Shown piece by piece: positions 49,681 through 59,223 of a stretch of 59,223 nt of DNA; position 1 is the stretch's first letter, and every line of letters begins with the position of its first letter. The stretch spans positions 1-59,223 of the forward strand of contig NOWV01000298.1 in NCBI GenBank assembly GCA_003344405.1. Direction: 5' to 3'. Source of the DNA: Trichoplax sp. H2 (lineage: Eukaryota). A program made the position numbers and the translations under genes. The notes under the pieces were generated by a model. It did not search any database and was not told the DNA's origin. It saw nothing but the letters and a program-made list of their open reading frames with translations.

Positions 49681-50115
49681 TACTGTACTGTACACTGTAC
49701 ACTGTACAGTATTGTAGTGTACTGTACACTACAGTACAGTAGAGGCTCTTTGACACAGTGCATCTGTTACCAGTACAGTACATGTACTGTATGACAGGTT
49801 GACAGCAATGATGGTCATGACGCATTTGCCTTAATTTTTTTTTTTAACTTTCTACCGGTCGTACAGTAGAGTAGGGAGTATAGTAGGTGACAGATAGTTT
49901 GTATTAGAAGTAGAAACTTGAAAGAAATAAAACTACTCAATACTGCAATAGAAAGTAATAAAATCATCAAAATCCAATTGCTAAACACGCCTCTGTAATA
50001 CTGATCTTACAGTACTGTACGCAGTACTGTACACTTACGGTACATTCGATTTCAAATTTTTGCATCAATTTGTACAGTACAAAATTGATCGCAAATGCAT
50101 GGATTTAATATCTGT
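49681..50115. promoter_or_regulatory. TACAGTA/TACTGTA-rich clusters upstream of ferroportin
   Basis: Dense copies at about 49681-49790 and 49995-50115, about 1-1.5 kb 5' of the ATG. A strong donor (AG|GTGAG, minus strand) at 49240/49241 suggests a non-coding first exon in between. Confidence 0.5.
49893..50007 (-). repeat. ~115-bp repeat, inverted partner of 43969-44068
   Basis: Its reverse complement aligns with 43969-44068 with two short insertions. Confidence 0.75.
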
Positions 50116-50970
50116 ACATTGGTGCTATGTAGATTTTTAAAGTCGATTTAATTTTAGTACAGTGAACAAGTTGAGGTCTTGGTGGTTGTGTTTAGCTAAC
50201 TTAGTTTTAATATCACCTGACCTCAATCGCTGTAAAGAAGGGTTCCCATTTTTACTAGAGAGAAAATGGAAAGGATCGATATAATTCGACGCAGACCACC
50301 GTAAATGTTTCAAAGTCGAAAAACCGACAGTGTTCACAGTACTCGAAATTAGAGTCTTCTTTCCAATACTGCACATCCTGTTTTAATTAATATACCGGTG
50401 ACGAAGTGGCCACTAAATAGAGGTAGGTATGTGCTAGTAATGCAGCAGTGATTTTAGTTAGTGGCTAGAACTTGGTGAAAGACAACGTCATAATCTGTTG
50501 AAGAGATGATGAATAAGCTTTTAATTTAACTACGTAATTACGCATACATTTCGAGTGTATTTTATTCGCGTGGACAATTCTAGTTAGAGCACGTACACTA
50601 GTACCCTAGTTAACTAACTTATAGCAACTCGTTAAAATGATAACTGTCTACCTAGTGTACGTAAAACGCTGTAGCCACAGTTTTGGAATGATGTAGTACG
50701 CGTAAATCAATAGAATTGCTGTTAAGATCGTCGTATACAATTTCGGTAAATGAATAATTAATTATAATATAATAACATTCAAAATTGATAGTTAGCACTT
50801 CAAAATACTGTGTCCAATTTATAAGAAAATATCTATAGTGTTGGCAATTTGAAATTGAATCACAAACATTTCTTTAGTGATCAATGCACTACTACACGGT
50901 ATATCGTAGAATAGATACCAATTTTACAATAAATGACGTCATTTCATCATAATATAATACTCAATACAGC

Positions 50971-51005
50971 TGTCACGGTAGTGAATCTACCGTGATGAAT
51001 GATAT
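50971..51005 (+). mobile_element. Diverged family B LTR-like terminus (3' extent unknown)
   Basis: TGTCACGGTAGTGAATCTACCGTGATGAAT matches the start of 58978 (TGTCACGGTACGAATCACCGTGAAGAAAT), including the hairpin. Confidence 0.5.
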
Positions 51006-52169
51006 CTTACTTAATTTAGACATGTATATGTATCACGATAAGATAGTTATTAATTTGGATATGAGCATGAATTATTTTATGACTTAATATAGCCGATACA
51101 AACTTGTTCTCAATACACCTTAAATTATACTAAATATAGTATAAGAATTGTCAATGGTAAATTCAATATAAGTCTAAATGATTGATTTTGAATATTAAAT
51201 TAGACTTGCATTTTCTACAATAAAGATATAGTTAGAAGATTCCGAAAGTGTATTTCTCAGTTATTGTTACTTATCTAGGGTAATCTAATTAGTTTAGATT
51301 AGGCAAGTTTAGTTAAGTAACAACAGTATTTGTTTCTATAATGGCCTGGTGTGCCAATCAAAGATTTTACTGATCAACTACTACTTAGAGATAGTGGAGC
51401 TTGAATTTGTGACGCGAGAGGTTACAATCAAACAGATATTTGCAAGCTTATTCCAGGCATGCTTATAACGTAACCAAACTAATGAAAGACGCAACGAATA
51501 CCTCCTTTACAGAAGTAAAATCAATGATTTTCTCGATTAAAATGAATCTATCTGAATTCGATTTGATGATGATTATTTTCGTGTATGAGGAAATAGAAAG
51601 CATATGAGGTGGGCAGCTATAAGATAAAATAATAAGGGAAACACTTGCTGTCACCACTTTAGAGCTAATAAAACAATTCCCATCTACCATATTTTGAATT
51701 CCAATTGCTAGCTTAATTCAAAAATTTTTGTTAAATTTTGCTCAGCTTAGCATCGATTACAGGAACTGTAGATCTTTGGCTGTTTCTATTAAGTATCACG
51801 AAATTAGGATAATGTTCGTAAAGTTATCTTTCAGGTTTGCTATTTTCAAGATGTTACCGTTTAAATGACTAAATAATTAATAGAATATTTATATTACATT
51901 ACAAGATGATACTCGTATGTTTATGGATTAGTGATTGGGCTCTTTGAGGCTTGATGATAAGAAAATTAAAAATTATACGCCATAATTAATTATACGAACC
52001 TGCTTAGTTCCAGATACGATCATTTAAACTTTTAAAATATCAATCTTCATTATTAATTTAAATGTACTGGCATCAATTTTTTTATAAATATACGTGAATA
52101 GCGATGACACATATCTGTATTAATAGCTATGAAATTAGTAGATTTATGATAATGTACGTATATATGTTC

Positions 52170-52278
52170 CGGCTAAAACCCGATCTCGGCTAATACGCGT
52201 AATAGACGGCTAATACGCGTACTAGCCGGTTAAAGCCCGATTGAAGAGAGATATCATCACAATTTCGGGCTTTAGCCG
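52170..52278. repeat. MITE-like fragment with inverted and internal direct repeats
   Basis: CGGCTAAAACCCGA ... TCGGGCTTTAGCCG form a 13/14 inverted match. Internal CGGCTAATACGCGTA occurs twice, plus CGGTTAAAGCCCGA. Confidence 0.55.
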
Positions 52279-52768
52279 TGTTACCGTCTGTAGTGTTTAC
52301 TTCTAAATACGGTATAGTCTATTTTTTAGTAAAAGTCAATTTCCACTAGATTGTAGCATAACTCTAAATATGTATAATTTATATTTAACAAAATACTCTG
52401 TGGAAATCGCTTTTAAATCTAGCTGAATTATATCGTAGCCCTGTCTTAACATAGAAGTAACATATTCTTATTAGTCATTTATGATTTCCTCCTGCTGTGC
52501 TTCATACATTATAAAAGCTATCTTCTTTCACCTATCTCGTTAGTTAGTTCTGCTAGTTACACGGTAAGCTTGCACACTTTACCTATGCTACATTACTATA
52601 GCTATTCGACTAGTCACGTCGTTATACACGCTGTAATCTCACACGGTTTTTCCCTTTGCACTAATTCCAATAAACTCTATTCCTCTACTAAATTAACTCT
52701 GGTAATTTACTGTGATCATGACGAATCCACAATCTTCCGAAACATCACACCGTCCAAGTACGAAATCC

Positions 52769-52808
52769 AGTCAATTCGCGAAATGCCTAGTCAATTTGCG
52801 AAATGCCC
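52769..52808 (+). repeat. 20-bp tandem repeat x2
   Basis: AGTCAATTCGCGAAATGCCT followed by AGTCAATTTGCGAAATGCCC, with a partial third copy near 52832. Confidence 0.7.
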
Positions 52809-55800
52809 AAATATATTTCTTTGCTGATTATGTCAATTCGCTTGCAAAATTTGTGGCTATTGAAGAAATTTACGACATTCTAAGCAGTATCTAGCTCATA
52901 ACAATAGCGAAAGATATTGCTTTATATTTAGAATTGCTGCAAAAAACGTCAATAACTATAACACTTTCGACTGCATTCCTACATTTTACATTACGATTGA
53001 GAAATTATGTTTTAATATTATTAATTAATCAAAGTTTTTCGCTTTTATTACTTACCTATTATATTAATTTCAATAAAGAGTAAAGAAATCAATCAACGTA
53101 ACCTATCATTCCGGTATACGAAATTCTTATTATCCTGTTGGTATACACTCATTTTATACAGTAAGTAGATAGTCTCAATACGAAAACATGTTAATGTGCA
53201 TGTGTAATGTATAACTAATTAATTAGGTAAAGGCTAAGGCCAGAAGCTAACTGCCGATAATTAATAAACAATCTAACCTCTGAAAGTACCCAAAATCAAA
53301 CGTGATGTATTATCTGAAAGAACGGTTACAAGGGTGGCAGTCACAAGATTGGTATGAGTCATCATTGAATTATTAATTAATTTATCATCAATGCCATAAA
53401 AACAACATATAAACATTATATTGCATTAACAATAAATAGTGACTGAAATACGAGTGCATCTGCGTTAACTAGAATACAGCTATTGCGTTGCAAAGGAAAC
53501 TTGATTTGATTTGATAATAACTATAATACAAACAGGGCAGTGATAGAAAATAGTTACCGGATTCTGCATATTTACAGCAATGACTAGTAATTTTCACTAT
53601 CATTTTTTGCAGCCAGCGATGAGGTAAGTCATTATTTCATGCTCTATAGTAGGAGTCTTTACTCTTATTAAGTATTTTACTTTCCACAATTTCGATTTAA
53701 AAATACACGCATGTCATCATTAAACACTTTTAAATTGCTATCTCCTATAAATCATTGTAGTGATTTCAGCTAATTATATTAGTTTTGTGTATACTACAAT
53801 CGTGGATAGATAATTTAGCCTTACGATAACATGTCAGTACTATTAAAGATAAAATACTAATCTTCGAAGATATCCTACAAATGATGCAATTAAAGAATAA
53901 TTTGACCTAAGTAAGCGTAGTGATGTTGCTACAGCAAAAAAATATTTAAAGGAAATAGTTACATGATAAGTTTGTATCGTAGTTCAGGTTTGATCAAAAA
54001 ATTTACTCCATCGTTCTGCGGTCTTGACGAAATCTGCGTGAATAAAACTAAACTTTGAAATGGAACGAAAGAACAATACCTAAACTAACTTTAGCACCCC
54101 CAATGAAGCGATAAGAAGGCAGCTATTACCTCAATTTACCCTTCAATAAAAGAGGTAAAAATCTTTCAAATTATTTGATAGTATAGAAATAAGCAGCAAG
54201 ATATCTTTTCCTTGGAAAGATTCTTCTATTTCGCTTGAATTCTTAAGCCTATAATTGATTTAATTGAACTCACACTGGTATCTAATACAGAGTTATAAAA
54301 AGTCAACAAGTTTCAAAAACTAATCTAGATGGAAATTGTTCGATGATAAACACTGAACTTTTCCAAGCGATACTTACAGTATAATTCAATCATTTATCGA
54401 CGTTGGTGTAAGGCAAAAATTTCATAAAAATAATAAATAAAAGTGTAGTGAAGTCGCTAGATAAGTTATTGTTGTCAATGGGTTACGCAGAAGTTAGTTA
54501 GATGCAACTTAAAAATAATACTAAATTTAGGGCTGTTTACAATAATAGGTATAGAGTTATATGAGTAATGTTTACGGTAATTTTAGTATGCTGATTTCTA
54601 TTTTGTTAGAATGTAATACTAATCATAGAATCTTGTTCTCATACTAAGTTCTGTAAGTGTTAAGTGATCTTGTTCGTAATGATTATATTATAAACGTGTT
54701 AGGCTACGTATTTTAAGCAGTTTCGTTTTGCTGTTGTTATTATTCTCAAATCTCAGTCCTTTTTATCTAAAAATTGCTGTTATAAGAAGTTTTCTTTATC
54801 CGTCAGAACTTTTCATACTATTACCTATCGTAGTATTTCAATCCTTAGAGAATGAGTAATAAAATCTTATAATTATAAAATTCTTTGTGTGATCTACACG
54901 TTGAGCAGATTTTCCAGAACAATTTTTGATACAAAATAATGTACTATTTCAAAAAAAGAACATTATTACTATTACTTAGTACAGCCTAAAATCGAACTAC
55001 TATCGCACTATGAATTAAATCATAATAGCCTAGATCTTAAACTACTTTAATAACTAATATAAACCCACAAGGAGTATCTAATTGCAAGCAATAAGAAGAA
55101 AGACAGTAGAGAACACAGCTAACTCATTGAAATATATCATAGCCTCACCGCTAATACACTCAATACACATAGCATAGCGAGATGGCTAGTTTCATCATAA
55201 ATTACCGCCCGCTAATGCTCTACTTAACATAATCTATTATAAACTAGTATCATGCTTCATCTGTCTATCGTGCGAAAGCATGTTAATGAATAATGAATAA
55301 TGTTAATACTGTTCTATAATAGATGCTATGGTCTCTCGTTGCAGGTGCATATCGGTTTGATTCTATTAATTAACATATCTTACGTTAATTGTCGTTCAAT
55401 AATTAAATACATTGTATATGCATATGCCGTATATGAAAAAGAATATCTATAATAATTATCGGTATAAAATATGCAAATATGAAACCAATTATATTGTCAA
55501 TAATTTTGACAACATTAGTTCAGTCCTTCATTAAGATAATTAATATAACTTTGAGCCAAGTATTTTCTTCATTACTATCGAGATTGGAATAATTACAGTA
55601 TATAAATCAGTACTGCCGGTGTATGGATTCGGCTGAGTAGTTTGTGAAATAATCATTGCAGATTTTGAATTTCTGAGCTGCTTGTGGGACTTATTTCTAT
55701 TTGATATGTATTCAGGATTGTAGTAAGATCCAGCAGATCGAAAAATTTTAATATTCATATGAGTAACAATAAGTCAGTGCATCTGATTTAATCAAGTGAT

Positions 55801-57366
55801 TAAAATACAGTAGCTAAGATGGTCTTGATTAATTAAAACGAACAATTGAATTCGCTTCCTATTTCAACGATATTATAAACTTTTGTTTAAATAATTCCTA
55901 AGATAATATAAAGGTTACTTACTTTATTCAGTACTACATACTACTCAAGACGTTATTTCATGTAGTTGGCATATGTAATAAATGAAGATAGGTGAAGGTT
56001 GTTAATATCATCTGGAAATCAATTGACTTTGTTATTTTCATCATCTAACGAAATATTAGTTAGCATGGTTGGACACCGTCCATTCCTTTTTGTTATCACG
56101 CTCATTATTCAATGCTTGGCATCCATTTCAGGTTAGTACGGTATGCAAGTTAAAATTAGAACAGAATTTAATAGAAGATGCTTGTTACGGAACAGCGTTT
56201 CAAATTAATAGATAAGTTACTTGACTATAGAGCAATTGACCTACTAACAAATATTTACGAATGAGGGAGCACCGTAACAAATATGAATATTTTATCAAAC
56301 TTCTTACACATAATATGCATTAGCATTTGTATCAAAGTTATCAATAAATAAATTACTAGGGAATTTACTGACGATGATTTATTTGATCGCGTATTGGCAA
56401 TTTTTTATAAATCTATTTGTCCACCTATTTTAAAGCTCTATGAAAAGGCAAAGTAGATTTTGAACCCAAATTTTTTAGCATCTGCCAATGATCGGTATAT
56501 TGCTAAGTTCTGCGAAAACTTTTTCTCTATCCTTGCAGTTAATCCGTTTTCAATCTTTAATAGGGAATTGTAATAGTTTGCTATTACGCTAGGTCCTTAG
56601 TTTATATCGTACACAACACGACTTTAAGTATCATCATGTACTCACTAGTTTCATATACAAACCGTACAACTTATTAAGACAATATGACTTAGCATCACTT
56701 CTCTGCATGAATATATCTTCAGTAACACTATCCTTAGTATTTGGCTACTTTATTCGTAAAATTTTCTAATCTGTTATCATATCTAATCTTCACGTAAGCA
56801 AGATTTCTATATGATTTTTTTAATGAGAATTATCATTTAAATAGTGATAATCAAAAAACATAAAATCGATAAAAATAAGATAATCAATATCAAACAACAA
56901 CCATGAGACGCATTAGCCTTCGTTCCTGAGACTATAGTTATAGACTGGAATTAATTAACTAAATCTTTAAGTCATTCTAACGGCACACTAACTCGTAATA
57001 CCAGAGCTGCTATAAATTACAAACATCTGTTTCATTCTTATTGTGGATGAAAACTATAGGCTGTATTAATTGCGCTGCCATGTCTTTATAACAAACCTTT
57101 ATTCTTTTCTAATTAATCAATTGTTAATATATCAAGCATCTCCATTGTATCAGTATTCTTTCATCTGATTTACTTGTTATTATCATTACTAAAATTATTG
57201 ATTAAATTTAAACTGTAACTTCTGATAATAGCTATTAATTATGTGCTATACTGTATATAGGTAATTGTTGATTAGAAAAAAACAATAAATATACTTTCTA
57301 TTCTTGCTATAAATCAGCAGACTTATAATATACCATTACTACTATACAAACCTTAAGAAATTAAGT

Positions 57367-57437
57367 GCGTAAAATAGCCGTATATCGCATTAATTGGGTT
57401 TTTTAACCAATTAATGCGATATATGGTCATTTTACGC
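57367..57437. repeat. Near-perfect 31-bp-arm hairpin (foldback)
   Basis: GCGTAAAATAGCCGTATATCGCATTAATTGG, a 9-nt loop, then CCAATTAATGCGATATATGGTCATTTTACGC; 28 of 31 positions are Watson-Crick. Confidence 0.85.
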
Positions 57438-58977
57438 GTTACATTGGAAGAATTTGTTCATATTTTAATTACGATACTATATTACGGTCACAAATAGCTT
57501 CGTAGCGAGGGTTTCATAAAAAAATTTCTAAATTTCGAGGTCTGTAGGGTTCATTATTCCTTGACACTTCATAGTAACTTAAGACGCATTTCCTTTTACG
57601 GTATATGGATAGAGAATTGATTTCCTTGAAACATCTTCTAAGCTTATATACTCTTTGGCAGCAGTTAGTATTGAAGATCATCTTAATATACTAACAAATA
57701 ATTCACACTTGATAATCGAATTAATACGGAAATGTCTATAGTTATGAACACCTACTGACCAATTCTAGAAAACTGGACTAGAGCATAACCATGCATAGAA
57801 TTATCTACATTATGGCCGCTTATCTTTCGTTATTGTAATCACAAGGGGTCGTACTATAATCCATTAATGTCGATAACTGTAATACTGTTTAATTCTTAAA
57901 GAAAATTGGGTTTATTTTGATAATTTTCTCTAGTGAATTTAACATTTTAATAAGGTAATTGTAATTAATAACTTATAGTAAGAATCATGATAACTATGAT
58001 TTGATGTAGTAAATTGCAATAGGTACTGTATTGTAAAAATAATTTACAACATTTAGTCAATTGCTTCTTTATGATAGTTTTTACCATGAAAGCTACCAAG
58101 CGTTAACTCACAATGTCGAAATTGTAGTTGACTGCCGGTTATGTACGCTACTTAATATAAAGATAATTTTAAATATGATGGCAGAAAGTAAATTTTGCCG
58201 TAGATATTTCCTTAAACTAATAGTGACATGCTACTGTACTAGGCAATCACATATATCTAATCACTACCATTTTCTTGATGGGTAACAGCATATTATTAAA
58301 GAAGGCAATAATATGAATATCTTAAAAGCTATAAGATTTAAAATCCGAAAAATTTACTATTTGTTGTTGGGAGAATAACTAATTTTGAGTTTCCATAGTG
58401 GAAACTGTAAATAATACTATTAATATAATCATTTGATCAAGGAAAATTGATTAACAAAATGTCACGGAGTAACTTTTACTTAGTCGGCATAACATAAACT
58501 ACTTATCATTACATATCTTAGCTAAAAATTTGTCGATACAGTAATAATTAATTATGACACTTACGAATGTACTGTACTTAATCGCCCTATTGCAAGTTTT
58601 CCATTGCTGGTAGTGGATTATACTTTAATTAGTACGAGTACATATAAATGTACCCAAACTGCACTACCTGTTTCTAAGCATGATTTTATGAAAAGATATC
58701 GATCAGGATCTTACTATTTAAATGCCCTGTTTCACGAAAGTATTAGTATTTAGTAACGTTAATCCTACGTCAAAGTTTCCTTTGTTGAATAGGCCCTTTT
58801 CCAGTCCATTTTTTATCACAACATAAAATGGACGGGACATCGCCAAATATTTGTGAGATTTATTGTTAGAAGAACTTATATTTATACTTTATGACATAAT
58901 GGAATCTATTATTTGCTTGCATATTAGTTTCTTATAGAAATTTCTTATAAACATATATTTAAAGGTCAATATTATAT

Positions 58978-59209
58978 TGTCACGGTACGAATCACCGTGA
59001 AGAAATAGCTATCTAAATTTGGTTAATATAATATAGTAATATTATATTACAACTAGTTACTTACTATAGGAATTACTCTAATTATAAATGTGTTACAGTA
59101 AATTTAATGCTGTGCTGTAATGTGCACTGAAATGATTCTGTGAATGGACATATTGTAGTCCGACTGTGAAAAACTAGTTATCTCACCTAAGTTTTTTTAT
59201 AAGATGACT
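58978..59209 (+). mobile_element. LTR-like interspersed repeat (family B), running off the window end
   Basis: Starts TGTCACGG, a typical LTR 5' terminus, with a terminal hairpin. Inverted copy of 3-241. Confidence 0.7.
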
Positions 59210-59223
59210 TGTGAATGTTAGCT

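Noticed and set aside
48647..49790. 5'-UTR iron-responsive element for ferroportin
   Set aside because: The minus-strand CAGTGT hits near 49690-49705 are part of the TACAGT repeats and lack the C-bulge plus 5-bp upper stem. The CAGTGC hits at ~48130 and ~48368 are intronic and non-canonical.
52769..52850. CRISPR-like short repeats
   Set aside because: Adjacent tandem copies with no spacers, in a eukaryotic context with no cas genes.
55540..55758. 72-aa minus-strand ORF with a T/P-rich stretch and short hydrophobic run
   Set aside because: The hydrophobic run is too short for a TM, and I found no family motif or consistent splice partners.

Overview
AT-rich eukaryotic (metazoan) genomic DNA with short GT-AG introns. 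Composition, intron size and gene content resemble a placozoan such as Trichoplax; this is an inference, not proven. Six protein-coding genes can be reconstructed by hand: an intronless class A GPCR (+), ABHD13 (+, 5 exons), an MS4A/CD20-like four-TM protein with a PPxY-rich tail (-, 4 exons), a class 2 DYRK most like DYRK4 (+, 19 exons), a mitochondrial fission factor (MFF)-like tail-anchored protein (-, at least 2 exons) and ferroportin/SLC40A1 (-, 8 exons). Non-coding highlights: (1) both window ends are inverted copies of the same ~235-bp LTR-like repeat; (2) a nest of LTR-like fragments lies at 0.2-2.2 kb; (3) dense TACAGTA/TACTGTA clusters sit just upstream of ABHD13, MFF and ferroportin; (4) an inverted ~110-bp repeat pair brackets ferroportin; (5) several MITE-like foldbacks occur, including a pre-miRNA-sized hairpin. 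The ferroportin keeps metal site S1 but has lost the S2 and hepcidin-contact residues. No rRNA, tRNA or CRISPR was seen. Exon models were made by eye and lack transcript support.
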